DNA of 64,000 bases from an uncultured Chloroflexia bacterium (GCA_963797095.1 CAWCNY010000006.1:384001-448000), one strand, 5' to 3'. Shown: positions 30,120 to 40,364, numbered from the stretch's first letter. Program-made: numbers and translations. The notes: generated from the letters alone by a model not told the origin.

Positions 30120-30317
30120 TTACCTTTGGCCGCCGGGTTGTGCGCCGAACCAACTCCACACAGCCTCCGAGTCATCCTTCGACCACCCGTAGCTGTCTGT
30201 CAGTTGGTCCCATTCGTCCCTATCCTCTTCGTCGAACTGCCGTTCCAGCTCCTGCAATTGTGTCTCTGTAATATCTTCGAGCACCGCCGGTCTGCTCATA
30301 TCGCTGCTTTGATCCAT
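30120..30317 (-). CDS. small acidic Trp-rich hypothetical protein
   Basis: GGAGG RBS; 65 aa ORF. Confidence 0.65.
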   Translation of the reverse strand: MDQSSDMSRPAVLEDITETQLQELERQFDEEDRDEWDQLTDSYGWSKDDSEAVWSWFGAQPGGQR

Positions 30318-30433
30318 GATTGTCCTCCAATAGTCAATGGTTGATCCTGTTGGTGACCACTGATACCCAGCCTATTTTAAGCCACCAGCATATTATGCAA
30401 CATATGTGCCAGCCGGCGATACTCTCCGCATAT

Positions 30434-30928
30434 TCACGCCGTGGGAGGCGGGCCAAGCGTTTCGGTTCCATATGCCATCAAACTGGCCACTATAGCTGCA
30501 ACATCGGGTGGGCCTTCCGGTGGTGGGGGTAGCGTAAGCGACTCGGCGGGTACGCCCGTCTCGAAGAACCACCTGTCCAGCCCGGCAGGTGTACCGATGC
30601 CGAACCAGCGGGCGGTCTCCGATTTCACCTGGAATGTGTGAGGCGTGTTGCGTGGAATATAAGCATAAGTGCCGGAGCCTGCCTCGATCTTCTTCTCACC
30701 TATTGTAAAGATGATCTCGCCCTCAAGCACGTACCATATTTCATCCTCGCGTGAGTGCGAATGCAACGGCACCGCCATATGCTCGTCGGCCAGTCCTTCC
30801 AGCGCCCAGAACTGCTCCCCCGTTTCCTCACCCAGCGCCTTGAAAACCAGCAGTGCCCCCAGGTGCCAGAGTGCCCTGCCCTGTCCTACCGCCAACGTGG
30901 ACGGCTGTGGCTCAGTTACCCTACTCAT
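30434..30928 (-). CDS. cupin domain protein
   Basis: PLHSHSREDEIWYVLEG and PRNTPHTF; AAGGAGG RBS. Confidence 0.9.
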   Translation of the reverse strand: MSRVTEPQPSTLAVGQGRALWHLGALLVFKALGEETGEQFWALEGLADEHMAVPLHSHSREDEIWYVLEGEIIFTIGEKKIEAGSGTYAYIPRNTPHTFQVKSETARWFGIGTPAGLDRWFFETGVPAESLTLPPPPEGPPDVAAIVASLMAYGTETLGPPPTA

Positions 30929-30995
30929 CTCAGTACCTCCTTTTAGTGATTGTTGGTTACCTGAGACAATCCTAGCTCACAACCCCCACCCCGGC

Positions 30996-31013
30996 ATCGG
31001 GGACATCCCCTAT
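30996..31013. promoter_or_regulatory. palindromic operator upstream of cupin gene
   Basis: ATCGGGGA-CA-TCCCCTAT; minus-strand TAGGAT -10 at 30969-30974. Confidence 0.55.
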
Positions 31014-31147
31014 ACCACCCCCTTACCTGAGAATTGCTAAAGCCACGCCCATTTATGTGGATGAGCATGCATCGGTGCAAATCCGTAGAAGCTGCTGGCG
31101 TTTACGCCATGCGGAGTCATCACTTCTCCGAATCCCCATAACCTCCC

Positions 31148-31196
31148 CCGACTACCAATTACCGACCACCACTCGTCACTCGTCACTCGTCACTCG
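31148..31196 (+). repeat. Heptamer repeats including (YCACTCG)x4
   Basis: Read directly; contains the LuxR stop codon. Confidence 0.85.
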
Positions 31197-32835
31197 CCCA
31201 TCCCCCAATCGCCATCGCCACAGCCTCAGCGCGACTCTTCGCCCCCAGTTTGCTCAACACCTGGCTGATATGGTGCTCCGCCGTCTTTGCGCTGATGAAC
31301 AGCCGCTCGGCAATCTCGCGGTTTGACAGCCCGCGTGCTACCAGAGCTAGCACTTCCTTTTCCCGCTGGGTGAGTTGTCCCCCACTCGTCTGTCTTCTCG
31401 CCCCGGTCCGGGCAGAAATCCCAAGCTCTCTGAGCAAACCTGCCGCTTCATTAGCGTCGTGTGTTGCACCCAGCCGCTCGAAGGATGCCAGCGCAGCCCT
31501 CGCCCAAGTTATGGCCCCCGGTCGATCGCTATCTCTCAGCAACCGCGCCATCTCCAGCCTGGCCCTGCTTGACAGCAGCGATTGCTCATAGGCGCGTAAT
31601 CTGTCGAGTGCCGACTGAAAATAATCAGCCGCTCCCGGTTCGCCCAGCATCCGCCTGACCTGCCCTTCCGCGAGGTCTGCCTGCGCCAGCAACAGGTCGC
31701 TGCGGGTCTCCCCTGCCAGTTTGCTCAATTGGTGGGCCGCCTCGTGTGCTCCTTCTACATCATTCAGAGCAGCCAGCACCTCTACCAGCAGCAGTAACAA
31801 TGGTGCCTCGTAAAGATTGGACGATCCATCCGCTCGTAATGCCTGCTCCAGCGTTGCACGCGCCATTTCATTCTCGCCTCGCATCATATAGAGACGCGCA
31901 AGCGGCAGCACAGCCCCACCCTGGTCTTCGTATCCTGACAAAAGCGCTTCTGCTTCCTCCAGCCTGCCCTGGCAAACCCGCAGGTCCGCCAGTTTCAACA
32001 CCGCATGCACGCGCAGGGCACGATGGCCGCTTTCAAACGTATCGATCGCTTGCAGAAGCTCCGATTCGGCGTCGCGCCACTTCCCGCTGGTAATAAGCAG
32101 CCCGCCATAAGTAGTACGACAATATGCCGACAGAAACTGGCAGTTGTGGCGGCGCGCATACTCGGCGGCAGCATGGCACCAGTGTTCGGTGCGCACCATA
32201 TCACCCGCAAGTTCGCACGCCGAAAGGGTCACACAAAATATCTCACTGATAGCCACGAAGCCTGCCACCTCGCCCCCCGTAGCTATTGCCATCGCTTCAT
32301 CAAGGCAGCCCATCCCATCCTCAATCCGGCCCTGGGCCACCCGCGCCAGCCCCAGAAAAGCTAAAGCTATAACTTCCAGGTCTGTATCGTCAAATTCACC
32401 CGCGATTCGAATACCCTCTTCCGCGGCTCGTTCCAACTCATCCGCGGGGGCAAGCATGGAAGCCCGCAAAACGAGCAACCAGCCTGCCTCGGCGCACGGT
32501 CCCGCTTCGTTCAGCAGGCGGTCGGCCCTGGCGAACCACCCCTTCATCGCACTGACATTGGCATGTAGGAACACCTGCTCCCGCGCCATCCACGCCGCGA
32601 TGAACCCCGCCCGCCGCAGGTTGCCCTCTTTCTTAAACTGGAGATAAGCTCGCGAGCGTTGCTGGTGGGCAGCTTCGATACGGTTCAACCACCACAGCGC
32701 CTGCCCCAGGCCATCATGCGCTTCCGGGTTATCCCCCACCTGCAAGGCCGCCTCGAAAGCCACGCTGGCTCCCTGCCAGTCTCCCTTTGCCAGTGCAGCC
32801 TTTCCGGCAGCGATATTGTCAATGTCGCCCTTCAT
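31183..32835 (-). CDS. TPR-like + LuxR C-terminal HTH transcriptional regulator
   Basis: LTQREKEVL..GLSNREIA..LFIS.KT..H..L.KLG; no P-loop seen. Confidence 0.9.
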   Translation of the reverse strand: MKGDIDNIAAGKAALAKGDWQGASVAFEAALQVGDNPEAHDGLGQALWWLNRIEAAHQQRSRAYLQFKKEGNLRRAGFIAAWMAREQVFLHANVSAMKGWFARADRLLNEAGPCAEAGWLLVLRASMLAPADELERAAEEGIRIAGEFDDTDLEVIALAFLGLARVAQGRIEDGMGCLDEAMAIATGGEVAGFVAISEIFCVTLSACELAGDMVRTEHWCHAAAEYARRHNCQFLSAYCRTTYGGLLITSGKWRDAESELLQAIDTFESGHRALRVHAVLKLADLRVCQGRLEEAEALLSGYEDQGGAVLPLARLYMMRGENEMARATLEQALRADGSSNLYEAPLLLLLVEVLAALNDVEGAHEAAHQLSKLAGETRSDLLLAQADLAEGQVRRMLGEPGAADYFQSALDRLRAYEQSLLSSRARLEMARLLRDSDRPGAITWARAALASFERLGATHDANEAAGLLRELGISARTGARRQTSGGQLTQREKEVLALVARGLSNREIAERLFISAKTAEHHISQVLSKLGAKSRAEAVAMAIGGWASDE

Positions 32836-32842
32836 ATCCCTA

Positions 32843-33571
32843 TTATAGGCCCTCGCGCGGCGCTGTATTGCCGAACACAGGCTGTGGCCCCTTTACAGGT
32901 GCCGCCCAGCGCACCGCATTAGCGATCACGCGCCGCACCTCCGAATGAAAGTATGTGGGAAACGCCTCGTGACCGGGGCGAAAATAGAATATCTTCCCAA
33001 GCCCTCGCGTGTAACAGCATCCGCTTCGAAATACCTCTCCTCCACTGAACCAGCTTACCAGCACCAGCGTTTCGGGAGCCGGAATATCAAATCGCTCACC
33101 ATACATCTCCTCCGGTCCCAACTCGATACATTCCCCCAACCCCTCCGCGATGGGATGGCCCGGCTCCACGACCCACAGCCGCTCGTGATCATCTCCTTCG
33201 CGCCACTTCAGATTACAGGTTGTGCCCATCAACCGCCTGAAAATCTTAGAGTAATGCCCTGAATGCAGCACTATCAGCCCCATACCCCCCAGAACCCTTT
33301 GCTGCACGCGCTCCACCAGTTCATCAGATACCTCGTCGTGTGCCATGTGCCCCCACCATATCAATACATCCGTGCTCTCCAGTAGATCAGAAGGCAATCC
33401 CTGCGCGGGCTCATCCAATGTCGTCGTGCGCACCGACATATCAGGGTATTCACGCAGCCCGGCGGCAATCGCCCCATGGATCCCTTCCGGGTAAATCCTG
33501 TGCGCCGGGTGGTCCGTGTTCTTCTCGTGACGGAACTCATTCCAGATAGTAGTGCGAATAAGTGCGCTCAT
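32843..33571 (-). CDS. thuA: ThuA-like trehalose utilization protein
   Basis: [40 protein letters not shown]. Confidence 0.88.
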   Translation of the reverse strand: MSALIRTTIWNEFRHEKNTDHPAHRIYPEGIHGAIAAGLREYPDMSVRTTTLDEPAQGLPSDLLESTDVLIWWGHMAHDEVSDELVERVQQRVLGGMGLIVLHSGHYSKIFRRLMGTTCNLKWREGDDHERLWVVEPGHPIAEGLGECIELGPEEMYGERFDIPAPETLVLVSWFSGGEVFRSGCCYTRGLGKIFYFRPGHEAFPTYFHSEVRRVIANAVRWAAPVKGPQPVFGNTAPREGL

Positions 33572-33638
33572 AAATGTAATCCTTTCCTACAAAACAGCCT
33601 GATCTCAATATCATAACAACTGTCACCGTGACTCTTCT

Positions 33639-34679
33639 CTAATCGCCTCTCCCAACCTGCCCTAAATGTACCGGCATTCCTGTGGTCGCGGCCTCTATCG
33701 CTGCATACATCAGCGCGATGCTGCCCAGGTTGTCCCGACCTGAGCTTTCGGGCACCTCCCCGGTAGCTACCGCCCGCGCAAAGGCTCTTAGGCTACCCGT
33801 GCGATCTATCGGCATATCCATATCCAGCTCAAGCCGCCGAGCACGCTTGCCCAGCGGCTTCACCGTTACGCGATCCACGCTCGCCCCCAAATTATCACGG
33901 CTGGTCCAGGCGACCTCCCCACCCGCGTATTCCATACGCCACTCGCCCGCCCACGCGGTCTGCGGCCCCGGACTGACCCAGCTTCCACGGTAGCTCACCA
34001 CCGCTCCACCATCGAACATGATCGTTGCGAAAGCCGCCGCAGGCTCATCGAAGTTGCTCCATGCCGGATTCCAGGCGTGGCACACAACCTCCACAGGTTC
34101 CTGCCCCAGCACATAGCGCATCAAGTCGAAGTGATGGATCGCCATATCCGCCAGCAACGGCTGCTGCAATACATAGTGCCTGTGGCCCTCGCGAGCCGCC
34201 GAGTTTGCATAGCGCCTGAAGTCGATCGACACTGCGCCGACCTCCCCCAGGCTGCCCGACCGCACCAACTCGCGTACACCCTGCACCGCCGGGAAGAAGC
34301 GGTAATTCTGGCTGATCATAAGCACGCGTTCGCGCTCGGCGGCGACCTCAACCACCTGCCGCCCCTCGCCCACCGATGGCGTGAAAGGCTTCTCAAGGAG
34401 CACATGCTTACCTGCCCTCAGTGCCTCAAGCGCCAGCGGCACATGCCCACCCAAATTCGCCGTAACCAGCACCGCCTCGGCCTCCACACTCTCCAACGCC
34501 CGCCCCAAACTGTCAAAGCACCTGTCCTCAGACAGGTTAAGCTGCTCGCGTGCAAGCGCCAGTGATCGCGGGCCAGCATCCACGCACGCCACAAGTGTCA
34601 CATTATCCTCCGGCCGCAAGACGTGGTTCGCCCAATCCCGCCCCCAGCCACCCATCCCTGCTTGAATTATTCGCAACAT
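33639..34679 (-). CDS. Gfo/Idh/MocA family oxidoreductase
   Basis: GMGGWG, HVLLEKP, QNYRF, DMAIHHFD. Confidence 0.92.
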   Translation of the reverse strand: MLRIIQAGMGGWGRDWANHVLRPEDNVTLVACVDAGPRSLALAREQLNLSEDRCFDSLGRALESVEAEAVLVTANLGGHVPLALEALRAGKHVLLEKPFTPSVGEGRQVVEVAAERERVLMISQNYRFFPAVQGVRELVRSGSLGEVGAVSIDFRRYANSAAREGHRHYVLQQPLLADMAIHHFDLMRYVLGQEPVEVVCHAWNPAWSNFDEPAAAFATIMFDGGAVVSYRGSWVSPGPQTAWAGEWRMEYAGGEVAWTSRDNLGASVDRVTVKPLGKRARRLELDMDMPIDRTGSLRAFARAVATGEVPESSGRDNLGSIALMYAAIEAATTGMPVHLGQVGRGD

Positions 34680-34755
34680 ATAGTCATGCTCCTGCCTAAG
34701 GCTGTTATTGTTCCCCCATTAAGCATAATACGCCCCATCAAGGCCCCAACATCGA

Positions 34756-34780
34756 AGTAGACGCCGCATTGGCGTCTACT
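34756..34780. terminator. hairpin downstream of 34820-36031
   Basis: AGTAGACGCC-GCATT-GGCGTCTACT. Confidence 0.5.
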
Positions 34781-34819
34781 GCTTTCCCTAGGTAAAGAAG
34801 ATATTACCTTGACTAGCGG

Positions 34820-36031
34820 CTACTGCGTGACCTCCCCCGCCCAATCACCGTCATACTGTACCTGTACGATGAAGACCCCATCAGCCGGAATCTGTATTGT
34901 GGTTGTTGCTTCGGCTTCACCAGTCGTGTTAATTATCGTGCCAACGTACAGCCCATCCTGGTTGAGCAGGTTCGCCTGGAATTCGGCCTTGCCTCCTGTA
35001 CCCTTTATGTGGAACATAGCGGGACCGGCCTTCAGTGAGAATAAAGGTGTTGCCTGGGCGAGCCGAGCGTGCCAAGTTTGCGTTGCAGGTGGTGGGGAAT
35101 ATGCGGCCCTGGGCTGTGCGACATTGACCGTCCAGCCTTGTTCGGCCTGCACATCCAGGGTATATGTGCCATCCGCGGGTATGTTGACCGCATCCGACAG
35201 ATCCCGTGGCCCAGGTCCGGAAGCTATAGTATGCAAATGGTTGCCGGTCGAATCGACCAGGTCTATGTAGTAATATCCCGCCTCACCTGCCCGCACCCCC
35301 TCGAACACCGCCAATCCAGCTTTCAATGGTACAGGTATGTTTGTCTGGTTCCCAATACCGCTCCACTGCCCGCTGAGCGTTCCATACTTGCCGCTATACC
35401 TGAACGTACCCAATTGAGAGAGCAGGACATTGTAGGGTGCGGTGTTCTCAGGGTGATACTCGAACACCGCACGCTCAAAATACTGCACCTTGTATGAATT
35501 GCCGTCCAAGTCGCTCTTTTCCGTAAACTCATCGGAGATGGGATATCCTTGCTGGGCCAACCCGCCGTGACGGGTCCAATAGTCGAGGAAGACACCCCCA
35601 AGCCTCTTTCCCGTCTCAGGGAAGATGAGTGAGCCGGGTTCATTGTTGGGGGTTGCATCGGGTGCGCCGTCCGGATACTTCTGGCTACCCAGGAAGTTAC
35701 CCAGCAGTTGGAGAAGCACTTCGCTCGGCTTCCCGGCGTTCTCAGGGTGATACTCGAACACCGCACGCTCAAAGTATTGAACGATGTAAATATTGCCGTC
35801 GGTATCACTCGTCTCCTGAATCTGCTCAGAAATGGGGAATCCCTGCTGTGCCAGCCCACCATGATCTTTCCAATATGCAAGGAAACTACCGCAGACGGCC
35901 TTGCCCGTCTCACTGAATGTCTGGCAGTCACTTTGCGCGTTCGCCTTGAGTACCACTAACGGCTGGACTGCAAAAGCACAGACAAGAGAGATAAGCACGA
36001 TCAAAGCAGAGGACAGTAAGCGCCTAGGCAT
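34820..36031 (-). CDS. secreted protein with two Chloroflexi-type ETG..GGL..G.PIS..QYFERA repeats and beta-rich C-terminus
   Basis: Signal peptide ending ANA-Q; duplicated F.ETGK..YW..GGLAQQG.PIS..VQYFERAVFEYHPEN. Confidence 0.85.
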   Translation of the reverse strand: MPRRLLSSALIVLISLVCAFAVQPLVVLKANAQSDCQTFSETGKAVCGSFLAYWKDHGGLAQQGFPISEQIQETSDTDGNIYIVQYFERAVFEYHPENAGKPSEVLLQLLGNFLGSQKYPDGAPDATPNNEPGSLIFPETGKRLGGVFLDYWTRHGGLAQQGYPISDEFTEKSDLDGNSYKVQYFERAVFEYHPENTAPYNVLLSQLGTFRYSGKYGTLSGQWSGIGNQTNIPVPLKAGLAVFEGVRAGEAGYYYIDLVDSTGNHLHTIASGPGPRDLSDAVNIPADGTYTLDVQAEQGWTVNVAQPRAAYSPPPATQTWHARLAQATPLFSLKAGPAMFHIKGTGGKAEFQANLLNQDGLYVGTIINTTGEAEATTTIQIPADGVFIVQVQYDGDWAGEVTQ

Positions 36032-36129
36032 GGTAAACCCTCCTGTGGTGTGATCACAAACTAATCTTTGTAAGCTCGATTATACATTAGAGGACTAATG
36101 CTTGCTCGCGTACCTGCGCTTGACAAAAT

Positions 36130-36397
36130 TGCGGTGCAATTCTCAAGACGAGCTTGATATGCGTACTTCCTCACGAGATAGTCTATGCCTCGCTCATTGA
36201 GTGGCCCTCTCTGCCCCATGAAGAGAGGGCCTTCGGGCAGGGACCAGCGGCTATCCCGGTTGCCCGGATAGTTGGAGTTCCCTCTTGCGCTTCTCGACGT
36301 AGCGAAGGAGTACCGAGCGCGTCCGGTTATCTAGAGGTACAATGCGGCTCTTACCACCCTTCCCTACTCTGACCCGCACCAGCCCCTTACGCTCTGC
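36130..36397 (-). pseudogene. XerC/D-like tyrosine recombinase internal fragment (absent from ORF track)
   Basis: Hand translation: AERKGLVRVRVGKGGKSRIVPL.., frameshift, PLFMGQRGPLNERGIDYLVRKYAYQARLENCTA; ends just before the expected HxLRH. Confidence 0.8.
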
Positions 36398-36435
36398 AGC
36401 CCAGGCCCGGCGCCGAAGAAGCCGAGTGCTTCGCC

Positions 36436-36507
36436 GATGCCGTTGATGCCGTTGATGCCGTTGATGCCGTTGATGCCGTTGATGCCGTTGATGCCGTTGA
36501 TGCCGTT
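36436..36507 (+). repeat. (GATGCCGTT)x8 tandem repeat
   Basis: Perfect 9-mer array. Confidence 0.97.
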
Positions 36508-36542
36508 TGTGGCGAGCCGAACACTCCTTGCCTCATGGCACC

Positions 36543-37520
36543 TCATGGCAGATGGAGCAGACGTCGTGCGTTCCCCGCTGCGATGGCTCGGCGGTCCTGG
36601 GCGGCGAGGGATACAGTCCGCAAGAATTCGGTCGCAGGGATCGACTCCTCGTGCGGGTAGTCGATGGAAAACATGATCCGCTCGGTGCCAATGGCCGAGA
36701 TCGCACACTCGAGCGGCGTGGCCGAATTGGCGCCCGCCGTCGTAACATAGAAGTTCTCGCGGAAGTAGTCTGAAGGCTGCTTCTTCAAGGGCGGCTTGTC
36801 TGGGTAAGTCGCCCAGCGACTGTCGAGTCGGTCGAGTGTGAAGGGGATCCCCTCGCCCATGTGGCCCAGGATGACCGTCAGGCCCGGGAAGCGATCGAAC
36901 AACCCGGACGCAATGAGGCGAAGCGCATGCGAACCCGTCTCGAAAGCCCACCCCCAGGCGGCACCTTGCAGGACTTCATAGCCTGCGAGACAGGCGGGCA
37001 CCGTCTGAGGCCAGGTCGGGTGGATGTAGATCGGTACGTTGAGCGCCTCTGCGCGCTCCCAGACCGGAAAGAACTTCTCATTGTCCAGGTATTCGCCGTT
37101 GGTGTGTCCGTTAGTCAGAACACCACGGAACGAGAGCTCGCGAACAGATCGCTCCAGCTCATCCGCGGCTGCGGCCGGGTCCTGGAACGGCAGCACAGCG
37201 AAGGCGCTGAACCGGGTGGGGTGCCGTTGGATGACCGCGGCCATGTCATCGTTCGCCCCCTTAGCCAGGGCGACGGCGCGCTCAGGGCTCCTCTCAGCGT
37301 TGACCCCTGGGAAGCCGACCGACAGCACTTGAAGGGTCACGCCGGCTTCGTCCATGGTGGGCAGTCGATACGACTCTATGTCTCGGAGTTGCGCCAGGAG
37401 TCGCCGTAACCGCTCAGAGTCGTCCCCCGGCATGTGCATGTCGAGATTTGCCGGGAGGTACGCCTCCTCCAGTGCAACAATATCGAGAAAAGCCTCGTTC
37501 TCCTGGGTGCTCATGCGCAT
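36543..37520 (-). CDS. amidohydrolase family protein (aromatic acid decarboxylase-like)
   Basis: ALEEAY, IYIHP, GHMGEGIPF, MFSIDYP. Confidence 0.88.
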   Translation of the reverse strand: MRMSTQENEAFLDIVALEEAYLPANLDMHMPGDDSERLRRLLAQLRDIESYRLPTMDEAGVTLQVLSVGFPGVNAERSPERAVALAKGANDDMAAVIQRHPTRFSAFAVLPFQDPAAAADELERSVRELSFRGVLTNGHTNGEYLDNEKFFPVWERAEALNVPIYIHPTWPQTVPACLAGYEVLQGAAWGWAFETGSHALRLIASGLFDRFPGLTVILGHMGEGIPFTLDRLDSRWATYPDKPPLKKQPSDYFRENFYVTTAGANSATPLECAISAIGTERIMFSIDYPHEESIPATEFLRTVSLAAQDRRAIAAGNARRLLHLP

Positions 37521-37689
37521 ACGAATACTCCTTCGCCGTTAGGCGAACCAGAAGTGGTTGATCTTGATCACCCGTGGCATCTATCGCCCCTAGGCGTGCT
37601 GTTCTGTCGCAGTATATCACGAGGTCCGAGAACCCGTCAATCTTGTGGCTGTCTGAGCCTGTCGGTAAAGAGCGCCTGCATGCCCGCGA

Positions 37690-38392
37690 TGATCCGCCAA
37701 GCGGCTCGACGAAGTTGTTCTACTGTTCAAGCCCGACACCGTGCTCCGCTGGCACCGCGACCCGGTCAGGCGCAAGTGGACCTTTCCACGGGACAGACGG
37801 ACTGGTAGACCGCATGTCGCTGGGGAGTTGGAACAGCTAATTGTACGGCTAGCCCGCGAGAACCCGAGGTGGGGCTATAGCAAGGTCCAGGAGGAACTTC
37901 TCAAGCTTGGCGAATCGGTCAGCCGCTCCACCGTAAGAAACATGCTCAAACGCCGTCACATCCCTTCCGCTCCCGAGCGCAAGAAGCGAGGAAGCAGTTG
38001 GCGCATCTTCCTTGGCCATTATGCTAACCAAAGCCAACGCGTTCGCGCAACGCTGGGTGCGGACCGTCAGAGAGGAGTGCCTGGACCACCTGCTCGTAAT
38101 CAGTCAGGGTCACTTACGAAGAGTGCCGGCCGAATATGTCGAGCATTACAACCGCGGAAGGCCCCACCAGGGCATTGGCCAGCGTATTCCAGTACCCCCA
38201 GTACCCCCAGTACCCCCAGTACCCCCAGTACCCCCACTGCCTCTGCCTCCACTGCCTCCACTGCCTTCAGTGCCAGTTTCAGAGAGGAGGGCAGCCAAGC
38301 CAGGGGTCAGAAGTGCGGTTGGCATTGGCGTCCAAGATGTGCTTGGAGGCATTATCCCCGACTACTATCGAGTCGCTAGCCACGCTGCATAG
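37690..38392 (+). pseudogene. integrase-core-domain (rve-type) transposase with internal deletion
   Basis: PDTVLRWHR..GRP..LARENPRWGY..SWR joined out of frame at ~38030 to KANAFAQRWVRTVREECLD..HYNRGRPHQG; central DDE region missing. Confidence 0.85.
38189..38233 (+). repeat. (CCAGTACCC)x5 followed by degenerate CCACTGCCT units
   Basis: Read directly. Confidence 0.93.
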
Positions 38393-38436
38393 ACCCCTTT
38401 CTGCGCACGGACGAGTTATTACACATTACAGGAGAT

Positions 38437-39030
38437 GTGTTGAATGCGACCACGCTTGCTATCTACAACACCTTACCTACTCTCAGCCCCAATCCGCGGT
38501 CGGAGCCTACACAAGATAGAGAGTGGCGACAAAGCTGGTTATGGAGAGTAGCGGCCCAAACTGCAATAGTCTTATATCCTCCTCCCACTCCTATAACATT
38601 TCCAGACGTCTTCACACCTACTCCACATCCTCCGTGGCCCACTGAAATCGTGCATGAACGGACAACCTCCGAGGGCGTGATTTATGACGAGAGATTTGTC
38701 GGGCCTCCATGTAACGAAGTCTATGCAACCAATCACTGGTACGGGCAAGCCGTGGGCGCGCGTACCCACGTGTGCGCCGGTGAAGACAAAATGTACCAGA
38801 GCAGAGGTGCAATTGTGGTTGAAGTTTGGCATTCCGGTGACCAAGAACCGGCCTACGGCGGTTACTACTTCACACCCAGTGACGAAGGTGCGATACGTAT
38901 CCAGGATGTGCTAGGGAACGAAGTGATCCTTGTCTCGACAAACAACACACTCTTTCACTTTGATCTGGCAACTCGTCAGTGGTCATCTGCCCCTCCGGGC
39001 CCATCCCCATCCATGTCCCCATCGCCATAG
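38437..39030 (+). CDS. hypothetical Pro-rich protein, possibly an N-terminally damaged secreted protein
   Basis: 197-aa ORF with globular-looking C-terminal half; start uncertain. Confidence 0.5.
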   Translation: MLNATTLAIYNTLPTLSPNPRSEPTQDREWRQSWLWRVAAQTAIVLYPPPTPITFPDVFTPTPHPPWPTEIVHERTTSEGVIYDERFVGPPCNEVYATNHWYGQAVGARTHVCAGEDKMYQSRGAIVVEVWHSGDQEPAYGGYYFTPSDEGAIRIQDVLGNEVILVSTNNTLFHFDLATRQWSSAPPGPSPSMSPSP

Positions 39031-39100
39031 GACAGCCTGGTAGCGAAGGTGTCAGAGAATGATCGTCTGGCACACCTGTGACGAAATGGTGATAAAGAAG

Positions 39101-39289
39101 GAAATGAGGTCCACTCTGGACCTCATTTCACGCCTAGAATTACGAAATCCTACCCTTTTGTGCCGAAGGTGGGAAATGGCTGCCGGGGGTTGTCTGATGC
39201 CGTTTCGTGCCTGCTGTGCCGTGGAAATGACAGCTGGTGTCGGCAAATGACGGCAAATGTCGGGCAGGATGTGACATGGCCGTGACATC
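39101..39289. mobile_element. att junction 1: hairpin, tRNA-end core, arm with GTGACAT repeats
   Basis: 13-bp hairpin 39101-39129; core TGTGCCGAAGGTGGGA 39159-39174; TGTGACATG 39270, CGTGACATC 39281. Confidence 0.85.
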
Positions 39290-39405
39290 GGATTGGGCGG
39301 TCCCCAGCCTTGAGGAAGGTCAGAACGCTCGAGCAGGCACCGCAATCTATGGCCTGTCTCTCCGCAACCTGGCCTTCAGCCGCAAGCCGTCCCGGCTGAA
39401 CCTGC

Positions 39406-39468
39406 AGCCGACGTAGCCGACGTAGCCGACGTAGCCGACGTAGCCGACGTAGCCGACGTAGCCGACGT
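39406..39468 (+). repeat. (AGCCGACGT)x7 tandem repeat
   Basis: Perfect 9-mer array. Confidence 0.97.
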
Positions 39469-39598
39469 AGCGGCCCGCACTCAGCCTGTCGCAGAGCCTG
39501 TCCTGGCTACTTGCCTCATCCGCGCTCAGGCTGCCACTCCCACTCCCATCGTTTAGTCGAGCGGCATTCCAACAGGTAGTCCAGCAGGAACCCCGACT

Positions 39599-39805
39599 GT
39601 GCGCCTGCCTGCGCTTACCATCAGGTACGACGCTTCTGCTCCTACTCTTGCGGCAGGGGACCTGGTCAGGCACGCCAACCAGGGGGTGGGGAGGGTAGCT
39701 GCTGTAGCTCCGAGCGGTAACGATTACATCCTGACCGTCGAGTTCCAGACATATGGCACCCGCCGGATGATGGCCAGCCTATCCCGATTGGTGAGGGTCA
39801 GTTAG
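39599..39805 (+). pseudogene. fragment resembling PcrA/UvrD C-terminal Tudor-like domain
   Basis: GDLVRH..GVGRV..LTVEF..GTRRM..L. Confidence 0.55.
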
Positions 39806-39929
39806 CATGGTTGTCGACCCCGCCTGCTCAGCGCTTACACCCAGGGTTTCTATGGCTATTGTAACTACGCGGCCCGGTCATGGTTCATCGGCCTCCGCTG
39901 GGGCCTGGACTGGACCACATAGGGCACTA

Positions 39930-40364
39930 TCGACCCTGCAGCGGCTCCCGCCCAAGTCCAAGGAAAGCGAACGTACCATTCGAGTACCGAAGGCACTAAT
40001 GGATATGCTACGTCAGCACGGAGACAGGCAAGGCTTTGAGCGGAACAAGGCCGGCATAGCCTGGATGGGCAATGAGTGGGACCTCGTGTTTACATCAGAG
40101 GTCGGAACGGGTATTGAGCCTCGCAACGTCAATAGCCAATTCGCTCTCTTCCTGAAGAATGCCGGCTTGCCCGCCACGCGCTTCCACGACACCCGCCACA
40201 CCGCCGCTGTGCTAATGCTTGCTCAAGACTTCCCGCTGAAAGTGGTATTCAGCATCCTGGGCCACAGCAAGATAAGCACGACCGCTTATGTGTATGGTCA
40301 TGTGCTGCCACGTCAAGAGCAGGAAGCCGCAGATAAGATGGGCGATCTTTTGTGGGGAAGCTGA
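39930..40364 (+). pseudogene. tyrosine integrase C-terminal fragment (ICE/phage type)
   Basis: PKS..S.RTI, LVFTS..G, RFHDTRH, LGHS..TT..VYGH; N-terminus and first catalytic Arg absent. Confidence 0.88.

Noticed and set aside
36203-36231. GGCCCTCTCT..AGAGAGGGCC hairpin as terminator or ncRNA
   Set aside because: It lies inside the recombinase relic's coding frame (EGPLFMGQRGP).
36436-39468. Tandem arrays as CRISPR
   Set aside because: Contiguous 9-mers without spacers; no cas genes in the window.
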